From Pseudomonadota bacterium (lineage in GTDB: Bacteria; Desulfobacterota; UBA8473), in NCBI GenBank assembly GCA_043825855.1, contig JBDRRJ010000007.1:26900-90899 (forward strand): 64,000 bases of DNA, read 5' to 3'. Shown in pieces: positions 44,047 through 54,647 of this stretch; the stretch's first letter is position 1; each line of letters opens with the position of its first letter. The notes beneath the pieces are model-generated. The model searched no databases. It was not told the DNA's origin and saw only the letters and a list, made by a program, of their open reading frames with translations. Both the position numbers and the translations under genes were made by a program.

Positions 44047-44537
44047 TTCGCACCTCCTTCAATAGGCTTTACTTTGCCTTCTTTGAGAAAGGATGCGATT
44101 TGTTGGGGTGACATTTTGATCTTTTCCATCCTGTCAACCCATGTAAAATCTATGTTTTTGTTCTTTTGCCGGTAATCCTGCTCGATCTGTTCGGTAAATC
44201 CCTTTTCTGCAGCGCTCAGCTCACCTGTCGATACCGACATAGGAGCGTTATTGGCACCGGATTTTGGCGCCAGTTTTTTGCTGGTAAGTGCGGAACTGTG
44301 AATCCAGCCGGAAATATTGTTCCTCGTTGTCAAAGCTTTAAACCATACTCCTTTTGTTTCAATAATTTTCAGCCGTTCGGCGTAGACCACGGTAGCAACA
44401 ACCGAACCATAATATGCCGGTATAGAGCGCAGATGTGTTTTATTCACTTGAATTGTCATTTCTTTTAAAGACGCTCCGGAAGCTATGCTGATTGGCAATA
44501 TAAACAATATCATAAGGGAAAAAATGATGCGTTTCAT
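44043..44537 (-). CDS. Secreted SH3b-like domain protein
   Basis: Signal peptide, then a beta-rich segment ending GWIHSSAL that resembles a bacterial SH3. It overlaps the M48 gene by 4 nt (ATGA). Confidence 0.45.
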   Translation of the reverse strand: MKRIIFSLMILFILPISIASGASLKEMTIQVNKTHLRSIPAYYGSVVATVVYAERLKIIETKGVWFKALTTRNNISGWIHSSALTSKKLAPKSGANNAPMSVSTGELSAAEKGFTEQIEQDYRQKNKNIDFTWVDRMEKIKMSPQQIASFLKEGKVKPIEGGAK

Positions 44538-44639
44538 GTATAGTCCCTCCTTTTAGTCTTAATAAATATTAAATCTGGTAAATATTAAAAAGTTACTTAA
44601 TTAATTATATGGAAAGTATACCTATATTACAAGACTTTA

Positions 44640-45056
44640 TTATGAGTCGGCTGATTGTGAGAGTACAGGTTTGATATCTATCACCGGTGTTCCGTCAATC
44701 GCTTCTATCGGTCCCACTCTTAATCTGTTTCCGGTAGTTTCAAGAACCGTAACGCGGTGTAAAGCAATAGGATTTGGCCTGTTGGGAGACCGTGTCGAAA
44801 ATACACCCGTTAGCGGCATCTTCTTGTCTCCGCGGGGGTGTACTTTCAATACATCGCGATTTGACTTGTGAAACCACGTAATCACAATAATTTCATCACC
44901 TAATGCAATACCTTCAAGCCCCTCTGCAACTATCGAATTCACTTCAAGCCATGCGTCCGGTGCTCCTTCGTATCCCTGGTGGGGTGCCGCCTCGCGACTG
45001 GACAGCTCAGAGCGAATGAATCCAATTGGTTCGATAATATAATTGTTTTCAATCAT
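44640..45056 (-). CDS. trmO: tRNA (adenine37-N6)-methyltransferase TrmO (TsaA/YaeB family)
   Basis: IEPIGFIRSEL...RSPNRPNPIALHRV...IDGTPVIDIKP, the UPF0066 signature. Confidence 0.82.
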   Translation of the reverse strand: MIENNYIIEPIGFIRSELSSREAAPHQGYEGAPDAWLEVNSIVAEGLEGIALGDEIIVITWFHKSNRDVLKVHPRGDKKMPLTGVFSTRSPNRPNPIALHRVTVLETTGNRLRVGPIEAIDGTPVIDIKPVLSQSADS

Positions 45057-45169
45057 ATTTTATCCCTTGAAGCAGATTAGCAGATTTGGGCTACTGCTAC
45101 ATACCGTAAAAGGTTATATTTATTATAAGTACCTGATTAGTTAGCATTAAAAGCTTGGCTACATTTATT

Positions 45170-46018
45170 TTAAACAATCTCTTCATTTCTAAAACGCCTG
45201 AAAAGTAATACACCGAGTATAAGGCAATAAAAAAGTATATTGATGAATGGATAAATAGACTCAAATCCGTAAAATGCTTCGTTACTAATGAAAGAAGATG
45301 CAAAATGCTGCACGCCTGAGAGTTTTGGCCACAAATAGTAGATAACTTCCCACCATGTCAGGCCCGACTGTGTATAGGTATCCGGTTGTTGTATTATAGC
45401 CTGTCCAAACTGGCTATGACTTACAGCGAATATCAAGTCAGCTACAAAGCCCACTATACCTATGCCCACAACACAAAGAAAGGCGACAATGTCAGGCATC
45501 AAGAGTGACAAAAGAAGCACGGCAACAACCACAAAAAGCAGGTTTAAGGAGCATGGCAGTGAAGCAATAAGGTATTCCGGCATGACAACCTTTAAATTTA
45601 TGGATGTAATTAAGAATACTATACTATGCAGGAAGAACATGAATAGTATCGATAAAGCCCACAATCCGACTATCTTACCCATAACATACTGCCACCGGGT
45701 TATCGGTTTTGACAAAATACATGATTGCATCCCATCATCCCGGTCGCGTTTGAATACACGCATCGAAAGTAAAGCAGCTATGAGCATAACGCCTGCACCA
45801 ATGACGTTAAAGGTCACTTTCGACATTGCCATTACAACGGTTCTGGTATCTAGTAAACGTCCGTTCACCAAGTAATTACCTTGATAACAACCACGAATGA
45901 GAAATATGAAGATGGCGCAGAAAGCGAACATAATAATGAAGCTTTTCTGTCGTACTTCATCTTTAAAGGTATATTTCGCAATCTTGATGATAGGCGAAAG
46001 TGCTTTCGACTTTTTCAT
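45170..46018 (-). CDS. ABC-2 type transporter permease
   Basis: Six TM helices. Start codon overlaps the stop of the upstream ATPase gene. Confidence 0.6.
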   Translation of the reverse strand: MKKSKALSPIIKIAKYTFKDEVRQKSFIIMFAFCAIFIFLIRGCYQGNYLVNGRLLDTRTVVMAMSKVTFNVIGAGVMLIAALLSMRVFKRDRDDGMQSCILSKPITRWQYVMGKIVGLWALSILFMFFLHSIVFLITSINLKVVMPEYLIASLPCSLNLLFVVVAVLLLSLLMPDIVAFLCVVGIGIVGFVADLIFAVSHSQFGQAIIQQPDTYTQSGLTWWEVIYYLWPKLSGVQHFASSFISNEAFYGFESIYPFINILFYCLILGVLLFRRFRNEEIV

Positions 46019-46019
46019 A

Positions 46020-46730
46020 TCAACCTTTCACAAGCCTTACAAAAACATCTTCCAGAGTATCATCATCCTTGACAATGCCGGAAATCGTGTCTTTTACCAG
46101 AAGCTTACCGCAGTTAATGATCCCGGCGGTATCACATATTTTTTCAACTTCCGACAGCAGGTGTGAATTCAGGAAGATCGTCATTCCCTGATCTTTAAGC
46201 GACTCTAAAAGCTGGCGTATCTCTCTTATTCCAATAGGATCAAGACTGGCGGTGGGTTCATCGAGAATTAACAACTTAGGATTTCTTATAAGTGCAGCAC
46301 CGAGTCCGAACCGTTGAATCATGCCCTTAGAATAGGTGTTAACCCTGGAGTGTTCCCTGCCCTCCATACCTATAAGCTTGATGATACGCTTGCATTCATC
46401 CATGGCATCGGACCGGCTTATATCCAACAGCTCGGAACAGCGTTGCAGATACTGCCATCCTGAAAGGTACGGTGGAATATGGAAATTTTCAGACAGATAA
46501 CCAATCGAAGTTCGACAGGCAGCCTTTGCACTTGGAATGCCGTTTAACGACAAACTACCCGATGTTGGCCGTGTAAAGTCTAACAGCATCTTAACGATCG
46601 TCGTCTTCCCTGCACCATTTGGTCCAAGCAGAGCGAAATACTCTCCTGACTTGATAGAGAAGGAGACATTGTCAACAGCCGTAAGGGAACCATATTGTTT
46701 TGTAACAGTGTTCAATTCAATCATAGGCAC
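46020..46730 (-). CDS. ABC transporter ATP-binding protein
   Basis: Walker A GPNGAGKTT, signature motif, and Walker B LILDEPT. Confidence 0.9.
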   Translation of the reverse strand: MPMIELNTVTKQYGSLTAVDNVSFSIKSGEYFALLGPNGAGKTTIVKMLLDFTRPTSGSLSLNGIPSAKAACRTSIGYLSENFHIPPYLSGWQYLQRCSELLDISRSDAMDECKRIIKLIGMEGREHSRVNTYSKGMIQRFGLGAALIRNPKLLILDEPTASLDPIGIREIRQLLESLKDQGMTIFLNSHLLSEVEKICDTAGIINCGKLLVKDTISGIVKDDDTLEDVFVRLVKG

Positions 46731-46752
46731 TTATATAAATCAAAATTCAACT

Positions 46753-47760
46753 CTAAGTCCTTTTAAAATGTTTTTCCCAGAGGTCCTGGGAGTCAGCGAT
46801 TACAGTTCTAGTAAATTTTTTGTATCGCCTGAATAGTCTCTCCCTTTTTTTTAGGGACAGAAATTCGTCAATTATCCTTGCAAGCTCCGGTGTACGGAGA
46901 TATCCAAATGCTTTATGTGCGTTCCGCTTACCATTTATTTCATAATCATTATAAACGGCTATATCAACTGCCTTTGTTCCAAGTTTGTTTGGTGCATAAT
47001 CATCGTTTAACGTATGATCCATGGCCACTTTGTCTTCGAGATCAGAGAGATTGTACCAATAAGGCCAAATGCAGTTTGGAACTTTCGGTTTCGTGATGTC
47101 AGGATTTGTCAGCTTTTGCTCTGCGATTTTCCTTCCTACAATAAAAGGCAATCCCAAAGGTGAACCAATCGTAATAAAGGTGTCAATATTTAGTTGATCC
47201 GAATACTCGGACAGCACGTCGAATGCTACAATTGAACCCATGGAGTGTGCGATCAATAAAATATCGTACCTGTCGTATTTTTTAAGAACCTGCAAAAGCC
47301 TGTTTTGAATATCAGTTTTGGCAGAGTATTTTGGATCGTTGAATGAAACAGAATCATCACTGCAATATACTTTCAGATCGAAAAAATATTTTTGGATAAT
47401 CTGATCCGTCACCCCCTTTAATTTAATACTCAGATCCTCATTTAGAAATATGGTATCCAATTTTTCGTCAATATATTTAAACAGTTTCGTTTTGACGTAT
47501 GATCTTTTCTCAACAATTTCAAGCGGTCCTTTTACGTATGGCTCGTCAACGTATAGCGGATCAGCAGAATTTGTTATGGTATGATCCAGTGGAATCGGGT
47601 GCATAATATCTGCCCAGTAAACCAGTTCAAATGAGATGTCTTTCCGCCCAGTTCCAATTCGATTAAGCCCTTCCTGAATCGCCTGTGCCCACCAATCTTT
47701 TAAAACAGTCTGATGTGGCTTATTGCCGAGCCCATGTACGCCGATTACAATCTTTTTCAT
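46753..47760 (-). CDS. Alpha/beta hydrolase (lipase/esterase-like, GxSxG)
   Basis: IAHSMGS nucleophile elbow. The likely start is MKKIVIGVHGLGNK at 47760; the track ORF extends to 47910. Confidence 0.6.
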   Translation of the reverse strand: MKKIVIGVHGLGNKPHQTVLKDWWAQAIQEGLNRIGTGRKDISFELVYWADIMHPIPLDHTITNSADPLYVDEPYVKGPLEIVEKRSYVKTKLFKYIDEKLDTIFLNEDLSIKLKGVTDQIIQKYFFDLKVYCSDDSVSFNDPKYSAKTDIQNRLLQVLKKYDRYDILLIAHSMGSIVAFDVLSEYSDQLNIDTFITIGSPLGLPFIVGRKIAEQKLTNPDITKPKVPNCIWPYWYNLSDLEDKVAMDHTLNDDYAPNKLGTKAVDIAVYNDYEINGKRNAHKAFGYLRTPELARIIDEFLSLKKRERLFRRYKKFTRTVIADSQDLWEKHFKRT

Positions 47761-47870
47761 GCCCTTACTGATTTTTTTCAACAAAAAATAGCTGCTCCTA
47801 AGCATCCTTCGTGCATATTTTTTCGTTTCAGCGCTTACATTCTTGAATTTCTTTTTAGCAGAATGAAACC

Positions 47871-48734
47871 TTATAAATCGAAATCCATTCCTTCTGCACA
47901 TGCAAAACATTCAAGGGCACTTCCGGACTTGAGAATATACTCGCGGCACCAATCTACCTGTCGGTCAATTTCCTCATCCGAACGGTCGGGATCATGATGG
48001 AATAAACCCAGACGTTTCACCCCTGCTTCCATGGCAAGGTCAACGGCGTCCTTAAATGTCGAATGACCCCAGGAGCGCGTCCTGTCATATTCAGTCTCAG
48101 TATAATGGGCATCATGAAACAGGAGATCAACATTATCGCAGAAATCAAGGTATGCTTTTCTGGGGAGACCATTCTCATGATGATATCGTACTTCATTGTC
48201 TGTCAGAAAAACAAATGTATTATCTATGCCTATGAATTTAAACCCATAACCGCCGTTGGGGTGATTCAGAGGTATCGAATGGCACATTATGGAAGTATCA
48301 TGTCCCGGAAGACTGTGATCACAAAATTCCTGGTCGCAGATGCAACCCGATTCAAATCTGGCCTTCAGCATATTGAAGGCAACCGGGAAATAAGGAGGCT
48401 CCATCAGATGGGCCAGGTATTTCATTACGGACTCCTGTGCTACTGAACTGCCACTGATGACTATGGAAAAATCGGGAGCATATGCGGGCGAAAAGAACGG
48501 AAAGCCAGTTAGATGGTCCCAATGAGAATGGGTGAGTAGAAGTTTGATACTTGAAATGGTCTTGTCCTTCAATAACTCATACCCTAACTTACGTATTCCG
48601 GAGCCCGCATCAATTACGATTTTCTGTCCAGTGTCTGATGTAAGTTCGAGACATGTAGATTCGCCACCATAGCGCAGTGTATTCTTTCCGGGCGCCGCTA
48701 TAGAACCTCTGCAACCCCATATTTTGATCCTCAT
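47871..48734 (-). CDS. MBL-fold metallo-hydrolase
   Basis: LLLTHSHWDHLTGFPFF, an HxHxDH motif. Confidence 0.8.
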   Translation of the reverse strand: MRIKIWGCRGSIAAPGKNTLRYGGESTCLELTSDTGQKIVIDAGSGIRKLGYELLKDKTISSIKLLLTHSHWDHLTGFPFFSPAYAPDFSIVISGSSVAQESVMKYLAHLMEPPYFPVAFNMLKARFESGCICDQEFCDHSLPGHDTSIMCHSIPLNHPNGGYGFKFIGIDNTFVFLTDNEVRYHHENGLPRKAYLDFCDNVDLLFHDAHYTETEYDRTRSWGHSTFKDAVDLAMEAGVKRLGLFHHDPDRSDEEIDRQVDWCREYILKSGSALECFACAEGMDFDL

Positions 48735-48923
48735 AGAAATCTCCTTATATTATAAAAGGAAAGGTAGTGATAGAATCAGACCTTGAAATATTTTTTCAGG
48801 AAATCATACTGTCTTTTTATCCCTTTCCATATGTTGCTTTTTTGAGTCTGATGTCACAAATCAGCTACTCGACTTCTTGCTTATCAAATTAAATGATAGC
48901 CGTTATCTTTTATTAAATTGCAG

Positions 48924-49628
48924 CTACTTCGTACATAAGTACGCAGACATATTCTGCTTAATATCAGTTTTGCTGTTTATGCAAAAGCCCGCGCGCTCCA
49001 GCATTCCTTCCATTATCCAATCCCATGTGCTGTATTCTTCACGAACATGAACAATAGCTTCTTCAGCCATCTCTGGCCCTGCAAGAGACCTCATTGAATT
49101 GAGCCATTCCTCAAACGAAGTTCGGTATTCCCTTGGCAAGAACCCGAACACAACATCAACAAGGAAGAGCTTTCCACCGGGCTTGAGGATATCATGAAGC
49201 CTGCACAATGCAATTTGTTTCCAGAAATCTGGAAGATGGTGTAGTGCAATGTTTGATACGATAGCGTCCAGATCGGTACCTTGATGTTCATAAGTCAAAA
49301 AACCGGATTGCACAGGTGTAATATTTTTTATTCCTTGTTGTGATATTTTACTTCGAAGTATATTAATCATTGCTTCAGAAATATCAACGGCGTAAACGTA
49401 TTTGAACTTGTGAGCCAGGTGAACACTGAGGCCGCCGGTACCACAACCGATATCCAGGACGATCGAGTCGCCTGACAGGCCGAGAGTTTCACATATTTTG
49501 AGTGCTTCCTCCTGAAAATCACGGAATCCCTCATGCTGGCGGTCATATCCCTCGGCAAGATCTCTGTCGGAGTAGTCTACACCAACCTGATTCGATTCAT
49601 CAAATAGCCATACAGGTGAATTACTCAT
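48924..49628 (-). CDS. Class I SAM-dependent methyltransferase
   Basis: VLDIGCGTGGLSVHLA motif I. Confidence 0.8.
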   Translation of the reverse strand: MSNSPVWLFDESNQVGVDYSDRDLAEGYDRQHEGFRDFQEEALKICETLGLSGDSIVLDIGCGTGGLSVHLAHKFKYVYAVDISEAMINILRSKISQQGIKNITPVQSGFLTYEHQGTDLDAIVSNIALHHLPDFWKQIALCRLHDILKPGGKLFLVDVVFGFLPREYRTSFEEWLNSMRSLAGPEMAEEAIVHVREEYSTWDWIMEGMLERAGFCINSKTDIKQNMSAYLCTK

Positions 49629-49895
49629 ATTAGTTAACTTACTTCCTTCTTAGTGCTCTTCGAAACAAGGTTAACAATTATTGTACCCAATAAATAATTA
49701 TACTTTTTTATACTTAAGTATCACAAATACTTTTCCTTGACAAGTCATGTGTATATCTGGCTCTTGCGATTGTGAATTTGCCAATTATCTATCTTTTTGA
49801 TATTTAAAAAAGGGGAGTATTACTTTCAAAAAAGGAAAAATTTAATATAGATTAAATTTAATTCTGATTTGTTAGGCTTATCTTCAAGAATAGGG

Positions 49896-50570
49896 TCATG
49901 TGCTTATCAGAGATCGAATGTCCTTATTCTCCAATACCGGAGCTTCATGCCTGTCAGTCCCATAAAGTCCGGCATGAACCATTGCATTTGCAAGTTCCTC
50001 CGATGAAACGCCAATATTTGGATAGATGCGATGAAGTAACGGATACAGTAAACGTGTGATTCGGTACATTAGGTTTGGCTCTTCCCGCGGAGTTACAGGA
50101 TAGATATACCCAGGTCGAAATATGTGTAAGCGGGAGAAACCAAGATTCAACAGTGCTTTCTCGGCTTCACCTTTGTATCGCGCAAACATCATCCGGCTTT
50201 GCTGGGTCTGATCAGCCCCTTGACCGCTTAGAAAACAAAAAGAAGCATCCGGACTCGCTTTGCGGAAAGATTTCGCAAACGCCACCGTGTAGTTTACAGT
50301 GATCAGTCGAAATTCTCCTTCCTCCACAGAACCTGTGTATACGCCCAGACAATAAAGCGCGACATCATGGTCTTTCAAATCATCAAAAACCTTTTTGAAA
50401 TCCATGAAATCGTTGTGTAGAACTTCTTTGAGTTTGGGATGTTTTATTCTGGTAGGATTACGCCCGATTATTGTTACCACAGAAACATCGGGATGCTCGA
50501 GGCAGATACGAAGCGCACACCCACCGACCATACCTGTAGCACCGAGTATAATTACATGCTTTCCATTCAT
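49896..50570 (-). CDS. NAD(P)H-binding atypical SDR / NmrA-like oxidoreductase
   Basis: HVIILGATGMVGG Rossmann motif. Confidence 0.7.
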   Translation of the reverse strand: MNGKHVIILGATGMVGGCALRICLEHPDVSVVTIIGRNPTRIKHPKLKEVLHNDFMDFKKVFDDLKDHDVALYCLGVYTGSVEEGEFRLITVNYTVAFAKSFRKASPDASFCFLSGQGADQTQQSRMMFARYKGEAEKALLNLGFSRLHIFRPGYIYPVTPREEPNLMYRITRLLYPLLHRIYPNIGVSSEELANAMVHAGLYGTDRHEAPVLENKDIRSLIST

Positions 50571-50781
50571 TGTTCAACCCTCCTAAAATAGATCACAGAC
50601 AAACTTTCTAGGGAGTTGTATTAATTGGAATTATCCCACTTAGTATTTTATTGATACTAACCCAACTTTGTAGCTGGGTAGTTGGAAATACACAAGCGTT
50701 TTATTGGCGCTTTTCAAGATACTTTTTGGGCTCTTCTTTTTTTCGCATCAAATTAATTGGTCGCTGACCCTTTTTATGGAT

Positions 50782-51336
50782 CTATCCCACAAGATAGGTT
50801 GCCGTACCAAGGGCAATAATCTCACCTTTTTCATCCATCAACTGAGTACCTACAACCGCAACTTTGCTCCCCCTACGTATAATACAGCCTTTTGCAATAA
50901 ATTCTCCCCCGAACCCCGGCAATAGATAATCTATTCGCATATCGATTGTGCTTATGCTGAATAACCACTTCCGTAAATCTTCCGCACTTTTGTCAATTAA
51001 ACCATCAGAAGTGTTAACTATTGCGATTACAGCACCTGCTACATCAAGGACAGCTGCAATTACACCTCCGTGCAGTACTTTATGAAGTACATTACCAACC
51101 AGTTCAGGTTTCATTTTCACCTTGACCTCTGATGACTCAAAGGTACTGGTGATTTCAAGACCAAGCAGTTTGTTAAATGGTATGTCTTTATTAAAACACT
51201 CAACCAAAGCATTATTAAAAAACTCAAGTAAGGCTTCCTGCTTTGGTTCACTTGCTTTTTTTTCTTTAGTCATTTTTAAAACCTCTGGATTACTATTAAA
51301 AATACTCCTACTTAATTTTAAACGGTCATAGTCCAC
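50782..51336 (-). CDS. PaaI-family hotdog-fold thioesterase
   Basis: HGGVIAAVLDVAGAV motif. Confidence 0.65.
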   Translation of the reverse strand: MDYDRLKLSRSIFNSNPEVLKMTKEKKASEPKQEALLEFFNNALVECFNKDIPFNKLLGLEITSTFESSEVKVKMKPELVGNVLHKVLHGGVIAAVLDVAGAVIAIVNTSDGLIDKSAEDLRKWLFSISTIDMRIDYLLPGFGGEFIAKGCIIRRGSKVAVVGTQLMDEKGEIIALGTATYLVG

Positions 51337-51347
51337 TTGCTTTGTCC

Positions 51348-52334
51348 TCAGAAACCTGCCTTCATAAGATGGGCAGAGCCTCCAACATGAAGGCCATCCT
51401 TACGATCCTTGAAGTAACGATCGTTGGCATCACCAGGTCCTAAGTCCTCAAAGTTTTTAAATCCAAGTTGCTGAAGCTCTCTCACAAGTGAGGACGGGTC
51501 AAAGTATGTGATCCAGGGTTCGCCAATCGCAGCGAATCTGCTTTCAAGAACTTTGCGCACTTTGCGTTGTCTCTCAGTGAGTGCAGAAGAAGGAAGGGCA
51601 TAATCGAACACAATCTCACTGCCGGGTGGCAAGGAGGTAACAAACCTCAATGTCTCCATCACGGCATCCTTAGTCAGATACATAACGACTCCGAGCAATG
51701 AGAAAAATGCGGGTTTATCGAACTTGAAGCCGACCTGTTTCAACCCTTCGGCTAGAGTTTGTTTCTCAAAGTCAATAGGTACGAAAGTCAGCGAATCAGG
51801 TATAGCAATTCCTACCTCGGTAAGTCGCGTTCGCTTCCATAACTGCGTCGTGGGGTGGTCCACTTCGAAGACTTGCAGACGTGATTCAGGATAAAGGTTT
51901 CGATAGGGAAACGTGTCTAGACCTGCCCCCAGGATCACGTATTGGCGCACACCCCTCTTAACTGCCTGCGCCAGTTTGTCCTCAGTATATCGGCTCCGCA
52001 ATGCAACAAATGCTCGCAGATTATCAAGCAGTTGGTTTTTCTGTGGGTTTGATCGCACGGACGATTCGGCCTGCTTACCGATGATCCGAAGCGCAAGGGG
52101 GTCATCGAAGATTCGAGGCTGATCCAAAATTTGGTGTTCAGCCCTAAGGGTAGCGGTGCCCTGGGCAGTAATGCTCGGGCGCCCTTCGTCCATCCGGGTG
52201 GCAATATGGCTTGGGGGGTCATTCTGGGCGTCGACTTGAGAAAAGGGTGTCGCAAGATTCACGAGAACCAAACTTAATCCAATTGTGAACATGCATTTCA
52301 GGATGCGTAGTCTTAGATTTTCTCTCTTCTCCAT
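51348..52334 (-). CDS. Secreted class I SAM-dependent methyltransferase, leucine-carboxyl/TcmP-like family
   Basis: Signal peptide plus a VILGAGLDTFPYR motif. Confidence 0.65.
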   Translation of the reverse strand: MEKRENLRLRILKCMFTIGLSLVLVNLATPFSQVDAQNDPPSHIATRMDEGRPSITAQGTATLRAEHQILDQPRIFDDPLALRIIGKQAESSVRSNPQKNQLLDNLRAFVALRSRYTEDKLAQAVKRGVRQYVILGAGLDTFPYRNLYPESRLQVFEVDHPTTQLWKRTRLTEVGIAIPDSLTFVPIDFEKQTLAEGLKQVGFKFDKPAFFSLLGVVMYLTKDAVMETLRFVTSLPPGSEIVFDYALPSSALTERQRKVRKVLESRFAAIGEPWITYFDPSSLVRELQQLGFKNFEDLGPGDANDRYFKDRKDGLHVGGSAHLMKAGF

Positions 52335-52437
52335 AGCGGACGGACCAAGTCATTATATTTTTCGGATTAAGGATAACGCGAAAGAAGTTCTTTTACGTCG
52401 ATGGTATGTCAATTATTCGGTTACATGGGCATCTGTG

Positions 52438-54126
52438 TTACTTAAGGCCTACAATTGCCTGGGCAATATTGTAGCAATAATCCCCCATTTTTTCAAAGGC
52501 TGTCAGCATATCCAGCAAAATCAGGCCAGGGTCAACCGTGCATATGCCTTTTTGGAGTCGCATCTGGTAATTATCTCTCATTGCTTCTCGCATATCGTTT
52601 ATGTTCTCTTCAAGTTCATCGGCTTTCTGCATAATATCTTTGTCATCGCGCTCCATAGCATTTAGAATGAGAGCAACAAATTTCCTGACTTCCTCAGATA
52701 TAGTTTCGTAGTCGTGTAATCCATCTTCGGATAAGTATAAATTATGTTCAATAAGTTCTTCCTCTTACTCTGCAATATTTTCTATAGCATCACCCATTCT
52801 CTCCAGATTGTTTGTCATTCGCATTAAAGATGCTACCTCCCTTGATTCTTCGGGCGTGATACCTTCCTGCATGACCCTCACAAGAAACTGGGTGATTTCC
52901 TTCTGAAGGTTGTCAATGATGTCTTCCCTCTTTCTCCATTTGGAGAGTTCCTTGACTTTCCGGTCTCTGAGCGAGTTGATCACATCGTCATACATAACCT
53001 GTACCAGTTTGCCCATTCTTATAGTCTCTGCTCTAACCTGGCCCAGTGCCACAGAAGGAGTATAAATGAATTTAGAGTCGAGGTATTTGATGTGGTATAG
53101 CTCCTCCAGTTCTTTCTCCTCTTTCTTATGAGGGGTAAGCCAAATAGCGACCTTTACTAGGAAAGGAAGGAACATGAGGAAGAATAAGGCGTTGATCACA
53201 TTGAACATGGTATGAGAATTGGCGATGTATCTTGCAATATTCGGTTTTTCTCCATTTACAAGAAGATCCGGCGGTCCGATGCCTAATAAATAAGACGTAG
53301 CCACTAAGACAAACTTTATAAAGAAAGGAAAGAACAGAACTATACCAAAAACACCAATGACGTTAAAAAGGGTGTGTGCTCTTGCAGTCCGGTGAGCATT
53401 GATATTTGAACCGACACTGGCTAACTCTGCGGTAATTGTGGTGCCTATGTTATCACCTAGAATCAAAGCAACGCTGGCTTCAAAAGTCAGAAAGCCTTGA
53501 ATTGCTAGGGCCATTGTAATACCAACCGTGGCACTGGAACTCTGCAGAATCATCGTCAGGACTGTTCCGATCACTACACATAAAAGGATGCCGCCCATAC
53601 TATCAGCGTTAAAACTTGTAAACAGGTGAATAAAGGTTTCACTTTCCTTAAGAGGGGCAAAACCTGCTTTCATGGTACTTAACCCATAAAAAACAAGGCC
53701 AAAGCCGAGAAGGGCGTCCCCCACATAAATCCATTTCTTTCTTCCTACAAAGAATTTCAATAAGACTCCCGTAGCAATGGCAGGGAGGGCATATGCATCG
53801 ATCTTGAAGGCAATAAGCTGAGCAGTAACCGTTGTTCCTATATTGGCACCCAGGATAACTCCTATCGCCTGAGTAAGATTCATGAGACCTGCATCTACAA
53901 AGCTGACCAGCATGACTGTCGTAGCGCTGGAACTCTGGATGACACTCGTTACAATGGTTCCCGCAGCGCATCCAACAAAACGGTTGTTGGAAACCATTTC
54001 CATGATACGGCGCATTCTTTTTCCGGCAACTTTTTGTAGTCCTTCCGACATGATCTTCATACCGAAAAGAAACATGCCAAGACCACCGAGGGACTGAAAA
54101 ATAATATTTCCCATGTTTAACTCCAT
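52438..54126 (-). pseudogene. Na/Pi cotransporter (NptA/YjbB family with C-terminal PhoU-like repeats) interrupted by one in-frame TAA at 52765-52767
   Basis: Track ORFs 52765-54126 and 52438-52656 are in the same frame. The first ends in PhoU repeat 1 (NNLERMGDAIENIAE*) and the second carries repeat 2 (FEKMGDYCYNIAQ). Their combined ~560 aa is the usual size for this family. Confidence 0.7.
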
Positions 54127-54647
54127 TCGCGCTATTCAGACTACCCCCGATAAAGCTGATAAACGTATTCAACGCTTAAAAAGGGTTGTTGAAAACTTTT
54201 TCTGTGTCGAAAACGCTTTTAAAACCAAAAGATGTATGGGGGGTCAGAGTGAAATTCTGGGTTAACTCTCTGAAAAAACAAGAACAATAAACTATATTTT
54301 TATGCAATACATGGTATCTCATTCGGAAGAAAGCTTACACATTTACATAACAGAATGAGAGTTGTCTGATACTTCTTGATTGGAACTCGCTGTTTTTTTA
54401 GAGGGATTATAGGGAAATTAATATCATGTGTCAAGGAATAATCTTTCCCCTTTTTATATTGGTACTAGGGAACTGGGGGGAATTCCCCCAAGGTAAATTG
54501 GGCAAAGGGGATGTAACTATTTTATTTAAAAGAAGGAACGGGTTCATGCGGATTTATTTAATTCCAATTTATTATATATATCTTTTTGCTTATTGAATTA
54601 AACGGTCGCTTACTCTGTTTATATTTAATATCACGCTATCAAGAAAT

